From IMG/VR virus record IMGVR_UViG_3300028045_001344, positions 32,001-96,000 of that record: a stretch of 64,000 bases of DNA; one strand, given 5' to 3'. The position numbers and the translations under genes were made by a program. The first letter of the stretch is position 1. The number at the start of each line of letters is the position of its first letter. This document shows positions 37,553 through 47,301 of this stretch, one piece after another. The notes beneath the pieces are model-generated. The model searched no databases, was not told the origin of the DNA, and saw nothing but the letters and a program-made list of their open reading frames with translations. This DNA is from a virus.

Positions 37553-38545
37553 TCACATCATCTTCTTTCGATTATCAATCTCTTCTTTGATGATTTCTTG
37601 TAGTCTTTCTTTAGAAATTGACATAAGGTTGCGTGATTCTGCGACGGGAGGTTGACCAACGGGATCTTCTTCAGGTTTTCCCCAGGGAGGACTAACATCA
37701 ACATGTCCCTTCTCAAGAGCATTTACTGCGGCTGGAATATCAGGTTCATCGATTACTGGCATATCAGGTCTTGCTGGTGCCCAACTTGGAGTTGACATAT
37801 TAATGCCGCCAAGATTATTAACCATTTTTGTAACCGCAGACTCAACTGCATCTTCACCTTGTTTGCCTGTCCAATCTTGTAAGAGCTTCATTACTTGTTC
37901 CGGGGTTCGTCCTTGCCATCCCTTGAAGGTGTCTGGTACTGTGTCTTGACTGATTCCTCCCTTTGCCATTGATGTTAACATATCTCTAATAGGTTTTTCC
38001 TTAAATTGTTCAAAACCGCCCGAAGCTGGTTTCCCTTTCATCACTTGAAACTGACCCTTTGTCATCGCATTTAAAACCGCAACAAGTTGTTCACCTGGAA
38101 AGTCAACATCATAACCACCAACCGATTGAGATGGATCAACCATCGCTGTAGCAATCCATCTATGATGTCCATCCATGATATATTTATCACTACTAATGAA
38201 AGCGCCAAGATCGCCGCCCGGTTCCATTTTACTTGTAGGATCGATCATATGTAAAACAAATGTCATGGCTTTACCAATATTCATGCTAGATTGAGAAGGA
38301 CTTAAATCTTGAACTGCTGCCACTCCGCTTGGTTTGTAATCCACATTAATTTCGTCATCGGCAGGATCTTGATCAAACTTTGAATGACCATGAGTTACGG
38401 CAACTTCAGCCGCAGCGGGATCTACATCAGATAATTTCATCGGGAAGCGTGCTGGATCAAACTCGTCGGGGTTTGCTTTTTCTCCTAATAGATCTTCCGT
38501 TTCTTCTTTGATCATTCGTTCTAAATCTTCTCGTGATAGTTTCAT
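37553..38545 (-). CDS. ParB/Srx-like domain protein with terminal tag helices
   Basis: LSPSQ...FISSDKYIMDGHHRW motif. Confidence 0.65.
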   Translation of the reverse strand: MKLSREDLERMIKEETEDLLGEKANPDEFDPARFPMKLSDVDPAAAEVAVTHGHSKFDQDPADDEINVDYKPSGVAAVQDLSPSQSSMNIGKAMTFVLHMIDPTSKMEPGGDLGAFISSDKYIMDGHHRWIATAMVDPSQSVGGYDVDFPGEQLVAVLNAMTKGQFQVMKGKPASGGFEQFKEKPIRDMLTSMAKGGISQDTVPDTFKGWQGRTPEQVMKLLQDWTGKQGEDAVESAVTKMVNNLGGINMSTPSWAPARPDMPVIDEPDIPAAVNALEKGHVDVSPPWGKPEEDPVGQPPVAESRNLMSISKERLQEIIKEEIDNRKKMM

Positions 38546-38549
38546 CTCT

Positions 38550-39149
38550 TTAGTCTCCTATAATATCGTTCAGTATTCTATTGATTCGATCAGCCTTTGA
38601 ATATGGTTGTTTTATTCTTGATTCGGTAAGGCTCATAAATGCACCTTGCGTTGAGGGTTCAGAAACTATATCAAAACATATCAACTGAAGATCTTCTTCT
38701 ACAATCGTTTTCCCTTGGCTTTCGTGAACAGACCCCAAAGCCCGAGACGAAATCCCTAAAGTAACCCCGTCGTTTACTAGAGATTCTAAAATTTTTCCTG
38801 CTGGTGTAGATAATACTTTAATTTTTCCCTTCAAGTCTTTACCTTCCCACCACAAATCAGTAACCATGTGAGAAGCATTTTTAAGATTGACAACTGAATC
38901 TTCTGGATGGTCTAATTCTCCACAAGCCCGGTTCTCCTTGACTGTCTTCATATAGTTTTTGACTTCTCTTTCCAGAACTAGTTTAGGATAGACACGACCA
39001 TTACCGTTTTGCTCATCTACTCTCTGCATAATTCCTGATAAGAAAGTTGCGCCATTCTTAACTTGTATCTTTTCCGCCTCTGTTAATAAATCTTCACAGA
39101 CTCCGCCCGCGCACAATTCATAATATTCTCTAAGAAGGTACTTGCTCAT
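38550..39149 (-). CDS. prohead core protease (gp21-like)
   Basis: NGNGRVYP, GELDHP, ASH, LSTPAGKIL, GISSRALGS, FDIVSEPS. Confidence 0.93.
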   Translation of the reverse strand: MSKYLLREYYELCAGGVCEDLLTEAEKIQVKNGATFLSGIMQRVDEQNGNGRVYPKLVLEREVKNYMKTVKENRACGELDHPEDSVVNLKNASHMVTDLWWEGKDLKGKIKVLSTPAGKILESLVNDGVTLGISSRALGSVHESQGKTIVEEDLQLICFDIVSEPSTQGAFMSLTESRIKQPYSKADRINRILNDIIGD

Positions 39150-39153
39150 TTTA

Positions 39154-40362
39154 TTATCTCCCGTCTAATCCATTCACCGACAAGACCGCAACAAGCCCTG
39201 GTAAGTTCTCTTTGATATATACCCCAGAAAACAAGGTTTCGCACCTTCCACCGACATAAGACACGGCTGCGTCTAAGTGTTTGCTAATCTCTGGATCTGT
39301 TGCCATTTCCGGTGTAATAATTAGTAGCATCGTTCCTGTAACGGACTTGCCTTTAGGCATGGGACATGGAGAACGCTTAATACAATTTTGATAAATAGCT
39401 GCGCCAAGTTTAGGATCTGCTGGATTTGCTATCATAGTCGAGCCCAAAAACATTCTTCCCTCGGTAGCCAAGCAACGCCCAAGATCTTTTGAATCAAAGG
39501 TTTGAACATAAGACTTTTCCGAAGCTAGTTTTAAAACTTGATGAAACAACTTAGCAAATGTAGAATTCGCTACGGGATACATATTTAGGATACCAACCTT
39601 TCCGCGAAGCAATTGTGTCTGTCTCTCGTTATCAATAAGAATATGAGGATGTGGTGCTACATCATTAGCTAGGGAGAGCGCATTTTTAGAGATAGTGTGG
39701 TTAAGAGATTCTTGCGCCGTGGGCCAAGATATAATATAAACCACTTTACCTTCACCCTGCACCGAACTAAGATACCGCTCGAACACTTCATGAAGTTCTA
39801 CGCAGGAACTTCCGGTTCCTCCGCCTCCGCCAGCTAAAACAAAAATCCAATCCACTTTTCCAAGTTTGGTACGAATAGCGTCTTCAACAACCGCACTGTT
39901 TTCACTAAACACTTTCTTTCCATAAGCGACATTTTTGGCTACGCCATCAGCGTCAGGAATAAGAATTAAGTGGTCCGCGTCTACACCTTCCGGCTGATCC
40001 TTTTCAGTAGTATTGAGAAGTAGTGTTTTATTAAATCCTAAATCTAAAAAAGCTTTGGCTAGTTTTCCACCAGCACCACCAACACCAATAAAGGCACAGT
40101 TTAAAGCAGACACCGCTTCATTCTCGGGAAGTTGCTCATCATGCTGAATTGTGATTTCCTCACCATAGTGCTCAATAAACCCAAAGTCTTCGGCATCAAA
40201 AGTTTCAAAAGAGGTGCTAGTCACTGGCTCATCATTTGGTAAACTAAAAGCATCTGCTTCTGTGATTAATTCCTCTTTTACTTCTTCTTCCGGTTTTGTT
40301 TCTTCAATTTCACCAGCAGTAATTTCTTCGTCTACATCTGGTTCTTGCTCGTCGTCGATCAT
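39154..40362 (-). CDS. tubulin/FtsZ-family GTPase with acidic N-terminal extension
   Basis: FIGVGGAGGKLA, LLNTT, GVAKN...G, signature AGGGGGTGSS, LIDNE, N in H6, T7-like TFDSKD. Confidence 0.88.
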   Translation of the reverse strand: MIDDEQEPDVDEEITAGEIEETKPEEEVKEELITEADAFSLPNDEPVTSTSFETFDAEDFGFIEHYGEEITIQHDEQLPENEAVSALNCAFIGVGGAGGKLAKAFLDLGFNKTLLLNTTEKDQPEGVDADHLILIPDADGVAKNVAYGKKVFSENSAVVEDAIRTKLGKVDWIFVLAGGGGGTGSSCVELHEVFERYLSSVQGEGKVVYIISWPTAQESLNHTISKNALSLANDVAPHPHILIDNERQTQLLRGKVGILNMYPVANSTFAKLFHQVLKLASEKSYVQTFDSKDLGRCLATEGRMFLGSTMIANPADPKLGAAIYQNCIKRSPCPMPKGKSVTGTMLLIITPEMATDPEISKHLDAAVSYVGGRCETLFSGVYIKENLPGLVAVLSVNGLDGR

Positions 40363-40365
40363 TTC

Positions 40366-40479
40366 TTATCTCCATTCATTATAAAAAGCGGGCGCAACCC
40401 GCGTGACTATGCATCCTGATTTGCATCGACGCACTGGTCGAAGCATACGAGATTTGCTTGTCCATAGATTTTCTAACAT
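40366..40479 (-). CDS. putative 37 aa peptide MLENLWTSKSRMLRPVRRCKSGCIVTRVAPAFYNEWR
   Basis: Not in ORF track. TAATG stop/start coupling with the upstream gene; ends 3 nt before the tubulin ATG. Confidence 0.45.
   Translation of the reverse strand: MLENLWTSKSRMLRPVRRCKSGCIVTRVAPAFYNEWR
40383..40402 (-). terminator. putative intrinsic terminator upstream of the tubulin gene
   Basis: GCGGG-TTGCG-CCCGC hairpin followed by TTTTT on the minus strand. Confidence 0.5.
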
Positions 40480-40772
40480 TATTTTTCACCCCACATTTTA
40501 AAGTTTATTCCTTGATCTCCAAAGATCATGTTTCCAATATATGAAGTTCCAGAACTCACGCACCCCAAAATAAGTGCCGTGGTTATGGAATATTCATAAG
40601 TAAATAGTTCTGTTTGTCCGTTTATCGCCCACAAAAACCATCCGACATGAAACCCTATACACATGGGACAATGAAACAAATGATATGATGGTCTGATTTT
40701 GTCAAATATTTTAGCATACACTAAGAGTTGCGTTAAGCCATAAGCGGCTAAAACAAAATATACTAGGCTCAT
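40479..40772 (-). CDS. DUF1360-like membrane protein
   Basis: Hydrophobic helices around LFHCPMCIGFHVGW; ATGA-coupled start at 40772. Confidence 0.6.
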   Translation of the reverse strand: MSLVYFVLAAYGLTQLLVYAKIFDKIRPSYHLFHCPMCIGFHVGWFLWAINGQTELFTYEYSITTALILGCVSSGTSYIGNMIFGDQGINFKMWGEK

Positions 40773-41329
40773 GAATAATAGCCGGAATAATATGTCCAAG
40801 GATTATTTGGGTTGATTGAGCCCTTGTCTGGTGACTCAGGAACTTCCCCTAATACAGTCGAATCCTCTGCGTCGGGCTCCGTATACCAATCATCAATTTC
40901 TTCTTCGTATCTTTCTTCTGCTTCAAACTTTGGTCTTTCTTGTTCTATGAATTGATAAGTAGAAAGAAGCACGACTTGTGTAGCATCTACACCCTCGTCA
41001 ATGGCTTCAGGATAGCTCCCCTGAATGCTCGCATATACATCACCCGCATGGACTGATGATCTTTCGACGACGCCTTTTTGTGACAGGAAATTGAAATAAT
41101 TATTTTGAATCTGGTAGATTTCATCACTCATTTCATTTTTTGGAAATGTAATAATCTTCTTGTTTGCGTGGTCAATAACAATATCCAAGTCCTTATGATC
41201 CAAAACCATAATTTTTCCATCAACGGTCTTACGAGCAATCAAAGAAATCTGTGGGTGTGTTTCACTTTCTTCTTTGATTTCTTCTGCGCTCAAGGCATCA
41301 GGAGTAACATTTATTTTAATTGACGCCAT
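40769..41329 (-). CDS. hypothetical protein, head module
   Basis: 186 aa ORF overlapping its neighbours. Confidence 0.65.
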   Translation of the reverse strand: MASIKINVTPDALSAEEIKEESETHPQISLIARKTVDGKIMVLDHKDLDIVIDHANKKIITFPKNEMSDEIYQIQNNYFNFLSQKGVVERSSVHAGDVYASIQGSYPEAIDEGVDATQVVLLSTYQFIEQERPKFEAEERYEEEIDDWYTEPDAEDSTVLGEVPESPDKGSINPNNPWTYYSGYYS

Positions 41330-42152
41330 CGGATTTTATCTCATGTATCAAGCCTTGTACCTTGATCACTTTTTGTATCATTTCCTTTTTTGGTTCTTCA
41401 TTTTTAAATTCTTCTAAGGATTCTATTATGGCTTGAACCTTTTTTGTCATAGCCGCATCACTTATAATTTCTTCCATCATTAAAGATTTTTTCAAATCCT
41501 TTTTCAGTCTAGATATCTCCTCGTTCAAATATAACTTTAGACGAAGACCGTTGTCCACAAAGGAAGAAACAAATTTAGATAATAGTTCCTTCTGTTCTTT
41601 CAGGAGTTCACCAGAGTATTCAGCATTAAACTTTTTAGTAAAAGTCTTATATACCAAGTTGTCAATAGGAACCATTTGATCTTTGTCTTTAGCTTCAGAT
41701 AAGATCATTCCTTTTATGATCTGATTCTCTAATAGAACTTTTGTTTTTATGGTACTGCGTTGATTAAAGATTTGATAAATAGTAGCAAGAGATTTATAGT
41801 TAGGAACAAAATTATTGAAAGTGTCTTCTGGAAGCATTTTCTTGATTTTGCGAACTAGTTTATTTTGTTCCGATAATAGTCGTTTCTTATCAATAACCTC
41901 TCTCTGCTTAAGCACTTCCGATAATATTCTCTCTGCCGTGCGAGGGTGAGCATTTTGAGTTTTTGTCAGCGAATGATATAGTTTCAATTCTTGATGGAGA
42001 GAAGTATCAAACCTAAAAGATTCTTTTATCAGAGAGGCTATTTGTGTTTTGGAACTCTCATCTTTTTTCAAGATTGCTTTTGTTAATTCTATAACCAGAG
42101 CCTCATATAAAAAGGCACTATTCTTTTTCTTGTTGTGTTTAAATTTTACCAT
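41316..42152 (-). CDS. hypothetical head-module protein (MVKFKHNKKKNSAFLYE...)
   Basis: Helical ORF directly after the portal; ATG at 42152. Confidence 0.65.
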   Translation of the reverse strand: MVKFKHNKKKNSAFLYEALVIELTKAILKKDESSKTQIASLIKESFRFDTSLHQELKLYHSLTKTQNAHPRTAERILSEVLKQREVIDKKRLLSEQNKLVRKIKKMLPEDTFNNFVPNYKSLATIYQIFNQRSTIKTKVLLENQIIKGMILSEAKDKDQMVPIDNLVYKTFTKKFNAEYSGELLKEQKELLSKFVSSFVDNGLRLKLYLNEEISRLKKDLKKSLMMEEIISDAAMTKKVQAIIESLEEFKNEEPKKEMIQKVIKVQGLIHEIKSDGVN

Positions 42153-44061
42153 TTTTTGCTTCTTCTCTTTTCTCCAAATTCTCAATAATTTGTTGGATTT
42201 CTCTACTATTACTTAAAACTTCGTTTTCTACCTTGGAGTCCTCAGTATAATTAGTTTCGGTATTTTCCTTTATCCCTTTGTATTGTTGCTTAAATCCATC
42301 AAGACCTGGGAAAACATTTCTTTGTGTATTCTTTCCCATCTCGGAAGCCACTTTCCCCATCATGTTTTTTCTTCTTCCGGCTTCTTCTCGATCATCATGT
42401 TTTTCTGGGATGTATGCTTTTCCTTTATCCTTTGGTGTATGGTGGGGCTTTGGGTTTTGAGTTCTCCACTTCATATCATTGCGCTTCCCCGGTTCAGCCA
42501 ATAACGTTTCGTCTTCGCCGCTGTCTTCATCATCCCCGAGGTCATCACCGAGGTCATCACCGAGGTCATCACCACCAAGGTCATCACCAAAGTCGTCGCC
42601 GCCTTCTGCGTCTCCGCCTTCTTCAGCGGTGCCCTCAAGCATGGCTTCAAATCTCTTGTCATAAAACATTTCGCGCTGGTTGCGAACAATTTCTTCATCG
42701 GATAGATTGAGAAGATTTTTTGCTACCCATTGTTTACTAAAGTATCCTTCAGTCGCAGCACCAGCAATTTCGAATTTTGTTCTCCAATGCTCTAATTCCT
42801 GAAGTTCAGCAATTTTAGAAGGGCTATTGAGATGTAATTTAAAAGATAATAAATCCTTTCCTTTGAAGCCTAGTGTATACAAATGAACAACCGCAATCTT
42901 TTCCAGTTCTGATACCACACTTCTTTGAAGCCTTTGTATTGTTCTGGCAAAACGCACATCCTTTTGTGCAAGGGTAGTTTTTTCGTCACCACCTTCATCT
43001 GATTGCGTAAGGTATGATGGTGGGACTTTCAACGCAGAAAATAGTTTATCACGCAAATATTTTACATCGTCCACATCACCCGTGTAAGTTCCGCCTGGAA
43101 GACTTTCAACTCTCGTATTAGAAGCTCCTCCGCGAACAGGGATAAAATAATCTTCATCGGTGCTCATGGGGTTGTAGCGCAAATCAACACGACCAGTTTG
43201 AGAATCAATAACTTGATTTCTTTTCATCTGTGTTACAATGCGTTGCATATGCTGTTCAATTTCCTTTTCAGGAATTCCACCAACATCCACATAAAAAACA
43301 CGTCGCTCGGGTGAGCGCACAACACGATAAGCCATCATCGCATCTTCTAATAGTTGTAGTTGTCTCCAAATGCGTCGGCAAGGCTCCAAAACAGAAGTTC
43401 CATAAGGAGCATATTTATCGTTTCCTAAAATTCGGAAATGTCCTATTTGCCAATTCTCAAAAGTAAGGCCACCACTGTTCCATTGGAATTGAACATAGTT
43501 GGGGTTTGTTTTATCTTCACCCTCCATTCTTTCTACTTCCATAGACGGAAGTCCAATGACGTTGGTGATTCCCAATTCTTCGTTAATATCAAGATATAGA
43601 AACATATCCCCAAATTTGCACATTGATCGACACCATCCAAAAATATTAAACTCAATATTCAAAACATCATAAAACAGTTGTGATAATATCTCTTTGATTT
43701 CTTCGTTGGGACAATTGATTAGAAGTAGTTTTTGAATTGCTGACGATGTGGTCATTTCATCTGCATAGATGTCTAACCCTGAAGCAATCTCGGGCATGTA
43801 TTCCATTTGATCAAAATCAATATATCGCTCCGCTCGGTTGACGTTTTGATATGCGGCTGTTCTAAAATTATCAAAAGGATTATGAGTTTGCTTTTTAAAG
43901 CTCAAGCCACCAGGAGATGTAAAACTATATTTATTCAACTGACGACGCTTAAGCTGACGTGGGTTTTGCTTTCGCCGATCAGTAATAGGACCAGATAAGA
44001 GTCTAGTTAGTGCGCGGTACAATGGGTTCTGATCATTGTTGGGGTTTCTTTTATTTTCCAT
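42139..44061 (-). CDS. portal protein (gp20-like)
   Basis: LDIYADE, LLEDAMMAYRVVRSPERRVFYVDVG, EDYFIPVRG, DVKYLRDKLFSALKVP. Confidence 0.95.
   Translation of the reverse strand: MENKRNPNNDQNPLYRALTRLLSGPITDRRKQNPRQLKRRQLNKYSFTSPGGLSFKKQTHNPFDNFRTAAYQNVNRAERYIDFDQMEYMPEIASGLDIYADEMTTSSAIQKLLLINCPNEEIKEILSQLFYDVLNIEFNIFGWCRSMCKFGDMFLYLDINEELGITNVIGLPSMEVERMEGEDKTNPNYVQFQWNSGGLTFENWQIGHFRILGNDKYAPYGTSVLEPCRRIWRQLQLLEDAMMAYRVVRSPERRVFYVDVGGIPEKEIEQHMQRIVTQMKRNQVIDSQTGRVDLRYNPMSTDEDYFIPVRGGASNTRVESLPGGTYTGDVDDVKYLRDKLFSALKVPPSYLTQSDEGGDEKTTLAQKDVRFARTIQRLQRSVVSELEKIAVVHLYTLGFKGKDLLSFKLHLNSPSKIAELQELEHWRTKFEIAGAATEGYFSKQWVAKNLLNLSDEEIVRNQREMFYDKRFEAMLEGTAEEGGDAEGGDDFGDDLGGDDLGDDLGDDLGDDEDSGEDETLLAEPGKRNDMKWRTQNPKPHHTPKDKGKAYIPEKHDDREEAGRRKNMMGKVASEMGKNTQRNVFPGLDGFKQQYKGIKENTETNYTEDSKVENEVLSNSREIQQIIENLEKREEAKNGKI
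42537..42590. repeat. 12 bp tandem coding repeat (GDDL)n in the portal acidic tail
   Basis: cgaggtcatcac repeated about 3 times plus degenerate copies. Confidence 0.8.
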
Positions 44062-44063
44062 TT

Positions 44064-45653
44064 CTATCCTTTTATAATCCAGCCGAAGTCTTCATAAAGT
44101 TTTTTAGCTTCTTGTATTCTATCACTACTTTCCACACTTTTGTAGCCGGTCATGCCGGGTATTGTAGTATTTAGTTTTGTGTTTGATACAATCATCGCGT
44201 TCAGTGTTGCCCTCTTAAATTGTAAGTCGCGGGTATTCTCCTGTAAGACCGTATCTCTAATCCAACAAGTTATAGCCAGAGCCATAACTAGGTCGTCATT
44301 ATAGCTTCGCTGTGCTTCTGGTCTTCCGTTTCTCCATACAAATGTTTTTAGTTCTTGATAAGTCCTCTCCGAATTTATAGTAATTAGTTCGTTGCGAACG
44401 AATTCTTCTAACTTGGCGACGATGAGCGGTCGTGTCTTTTGTGAAGTGGTGAAGCCTGGAACAGAGTTAGAAATTTGCTCGGCTTCATATTGTTCAATAT
44501 ATTGATGAGTTCCTTTAGTAGAATAATATAAATTTGGATAACCGGCATCAATGAGTTTTTCCAATACCGAGAAACCGATATTGTTGTTTTCAACAACCAG
44601 CATCGCATTTCCATATTCTTTTCCAGCATCAAATAAAATCCTCGCAAACAAATCAGTCGTAGGTTTGCCTCGATATTCGGCAACCTGAACCATCGTGTTT
44701 GTATTAAAAATGTGAAACACTGAATAATCAGCGCCGTCGCCTCGTGAAACATCACCAACTAATAGATACTTGTTATCTGGATCATATTGTTCCCAGATCC
44801 AAAAGTTTCTATCAAAACCTGTTTGGTGTTCTGGACTGCGACAAGCTAGTGCCATCTTATTTAAATTATCCGGGTGAATAACTGTTTCGCCTGAAGCATT
44901 AAAGTTGCACTCATACTCTTGTGCAACTTTACGGCGCGAAAGGTTTCTAGTTGTTTCATCGAACCAGGCTTGATCTCTTTCCGGGTGTAATGTCCAATGA
45001 AGGATCGTGGGGTGAAAATCATTTTCGCCAGCTTGGGCAGAAACATAAGTTTTATGAAACCAGTTGCCCACCCCATTAGGAGAAGACAAGGCAATACAAC
45101 GGCCGCCCGCTGCCATTGTAGGTTGAAGTGCTGTCCATAATTCACTGAAGCCATCGATATGGGCGGCTTCGTCAATTACTAACAATGAGAGTGCTTCAGA
45201 GCGACCAGCATCAGCCGAAGTGGACGTTGCTTTAATTTCAGAACCGTTACTCAAAACAAATGATGAACGATTATCAATGGCAATTTTGGCGATCTGATCA
45301 AACCAAGGAGGTAATAATTTGATCATCGCTTTTACTTTTTTTACAAGGTTGGCTGCTGTGCTAAATTTCGTTGCAATAACAAGAACATTTTTATCACGAT
45401 GAAAAAGAAGCATCCACGAAACATATGCGGCTGTAATTGTTGAAATACCCATTTGACGGGATTTTAAAATAACGTTGTTACGGTAGTCATTAAACTTCTG
45501 TAAAAGATCTTTTTGGAAGTCCCAGGTCTTAAATGCAATTTGACCACGTTGAGGGTGGGCAATCTTACAATAATTGTCTATAAAATAAACTGGATCTTTG
45601 CCGCACTTAACAAGTTCTCGGACAAGTTCTTTTTTGGAAAGATACTGAGACAT
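44064..45653 (-). CDS. terminase large subunit (gp17-like)
   Basis: LKSRQMGIST Walker A, LVIDEAA Walker B, SSPNG, DVSRGDGADYS, VENNNIG, NDDLVMA. Confidence 0.95.
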   Translation of the reverse strand: MSQYLSKKELVRELVKCGKDPVYFIDNYCKIAHPQRGQIAFKTWDFQKDLLQKFNDYRNNVILKSRQMGISTITAAYVSWMLLFHRDKNVLVIATKFSTAANLVKKVKAMIKLLPPWFDQIAKIAIDNRSSFVLSNGSEIKATSTSADAGRSEALSLLVIDEAAHIDGFSELWTALQPTMAAGGRCIALSSPNGVGNWFHKTYVSAQAGENDFHPTILHWTLHPERDQAWFDETTRNLSRRKVAQEYECNFNASGETVIHPDNLNKMALACRSPEHQTGFDRNFWIWEQYDPDNKYLLVGDVSRGDGADYSVFHIFNTNTMVQVAEYRGKPTTDLFARILFDAGKEYGNAMLVVENNNIGFSVLEKLIDAGYPNLYYSTKGTHQYIEQYEAEQISNSVPGFTTSQKTRPLIVAKLEEFVRNELITINSERTYQELKTFVWRNGRPEAQRSYNDDLVMALAITCWIRDTVLQENTRDLQFKRATLNAMIVSNTKLNTTIPGMTGYKSVESSDRIQEAKKLYEDFGWIIKG

Positions 45654-45662
45654 ACACAATAA

Positions 45663-46505
45663 TTAGTTTTTATTTGAGACTTGTTTTAGCTTCTTTTGTA
45701 AAGGAACGATAACTTTTTTTAATAAAGTAAGTTCGCTTCCCGATGCCAGATTTCCCTGTTGGGCATATTTTCTTAGAATCTTGACAACATTTTGAATCAA
45801 ACCTCGCTCCTGATCTGAAATACCTTTGTTTAGCTCGGATGCTGCGGAAAGGTCTGCGCGTTGCGATGTCGTTGCTGATGAACTCGAAACCTTTTCCTTT
45901 CCCAGTTCTAGTTCTTCCGCTTCATTGATTTTTTTTTTAGGTTCTTCGTCTCGCTTTCCAGACACATTTTCTGGCTTCTTGGTTTTTGGGAACTTATCTT
46001 TTCCAAGACCAAGCCAATTCTTGATGCTCGTATCTAGGCGTTCTTCTACCGTGTGCCCTAGCTCGGGTTCATCTGGGATTCCACCAATCTTATATTCTTG
46101 TTGGGCTTGTACCCAAGACCTTACCTTGCTCGTAGTTTGAACAATCATATGGGGCTCACTGTCTTTTGGCTTGGTGAGAGTAAGTCCATTACCTGTAATC
46201 TTTTTATATTCCTTCTTTAGAAAGTTGGCAATATCTTGGAGTCGTTGTTCGATCTCTCCTTCATAATCACCCTTGTAGACTTCACGCAAGGTGACTTCAC
46301 CCTGATACTTGATGGTGAGCATATTGCCGTGAAAGGTTACACCAAATCCATCCATGACTCTCTTATCGAGAATTGGATGACCCTCCTCTCTTTGAAGACC
46401 AACCTTGAGTGGTTCTCCATTTTCATCAAGCGCACCGTCAAAAGCGTTTGATGCCGCTTGCTGGATACCTTGGATAATTTCTAGGACATTTGATTTTTCA
46501 GCCAT
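45663..46505 (-). CDS. hypothetical protein
   Basis: 280 aa ORF upstream of terminase. Confidence 0.65.
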   Translation of the reverse strand: MAEKSNVLEIIQGIQQAASNAFDGALDENGEPLKVGLQREEGHPILDKRVMDGFGVTFHGNMLTIKYQGEVTLREVYKGDYEGEIEQRLQDIANFLKKEYKKITGNGLTLTKPKDSEPHMIVQTTSKVRSWVQAQQEYKIGGIPDEPELGHTVEERLDTSIKNWLGLGKDKFPKTKKPENVSGKRDEEPKKKINEAEELELGKEKVSSSSATTSQRADLSAASELNKGISDQERGLIQNVVKILRKYAQQGNLASGSELTLLKKVIVPLQKKLKQVSNKN

Positions 46506-46837
46506 TTTTCTTCTCTTCCTTCAACGTGTTGAATATAACATTTAAAGCAACATTTAAACTTTGCCATATATAAATCATCCCTTCCGTGAAAGGAATAAAT
46601 ATTACATACTGGGCAAGTGCGCTCTGATTCTTTTATAAATAGTTTCTTGGGCAACAAAACACCATCAACCTCCACCTTCTCTTTGGTCTTTTCGTTTCGG
46701 GATGCCTCTTTGATTTGAGATAGGTAATCTTTTTCTTTTTTTTGATCCCAATTATTTTTAGGATTCTGTATTGCTTCATCACCATACTTCTCTTGTATGG
46801 CTTTCTCAACTTTTATAAGATGATCGGGATCTTTCAT
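46481..46837 (-). CDS. hypothetical zinc-finger protein
   Basis: CPVC...CCFKC. Confidence 0.65.
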   Translation of the reverse strand: MKDPDHLIKVEKAIQEKYGDEAIQNPKNNWDQKKEKDYLSQIKEASRNEKTKEKVEVDGVLLPKKLFIKESERTCPVCNIYSFHGRDDLYMAKFKCCFKCYIQHVEGREEKWLKNQMS

Positions 46838-47301
46838 CTCTTTACTATTTCGCTAGCGGCGAAAAAGATTGCGATTGATGTAATCATTCCCACTGTTATT
46901 CCACCGCCAAACCACAGTATATCATAATCTCCAACATCAGTTGCAATTTTTTGTAAGCGCAAGATTTCCTCATCTTGAGCCGAGACAATGATTTTGTATT
47001 TCTTTTTCTCTATCTTGAGTTCGCTAGAAAGTAAATCATTGTCTCTCGTACACTTTGCTTGTAGTATGTCCGTTTCATATTTTACTTTTAGTTTGCACTC
47101 TTGTTCTGCTCGCGCTTTTTCTGCTAATAGTTTTGCAGTTGCTTCTATTGAGAATAGTGTTCCTGTAAATGGTGCGACATCACCTTCGTTTAGAAAAGTA
47201 AATTTCGCACTTGTGCTCGTGGTTGTTTGGGCGTTGGCTATGACCGACGAGGAAATAAAAATAATACTAATCAGTATTGCTATTGTTTTTTTTAGGTTCA
47301 T
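46834..47301 (-). CDS. secreted/membrane coiled-coil protein, spanin-like candidate
   Basis: N-terminal signal peptide (KK, hydrophobic core, ANA), coiled coil, C-terminal TM helix. Confidence 0.45.
   Translation of the reverse strand: MNLKKTIAILISIIFISSSVIANAQTTTSTSAKFTFLNEGDVAPFTGTLFSIEATAKLLAEKARAEQECKLKVKYETDILQAKCTRDNDLLSSELKIEKKKYKIIVSAQDEEILRLQKIATDVGDYDILWFGGGITVGMITSIAIFFAASEIVKR

Noticed and set aside
37553-40362. Classical TubZRC plasmid-type partition locus
   Set aside because: No TubR-like winged-helix gene or iteron array is visible next to either tubulin gene.
45929-45938. 10-nt homopolymer in 45663..46505 as a phase-variation or fusion site
   Set aside because: The frame is open through it (KKK) and nothing else supports slippage.
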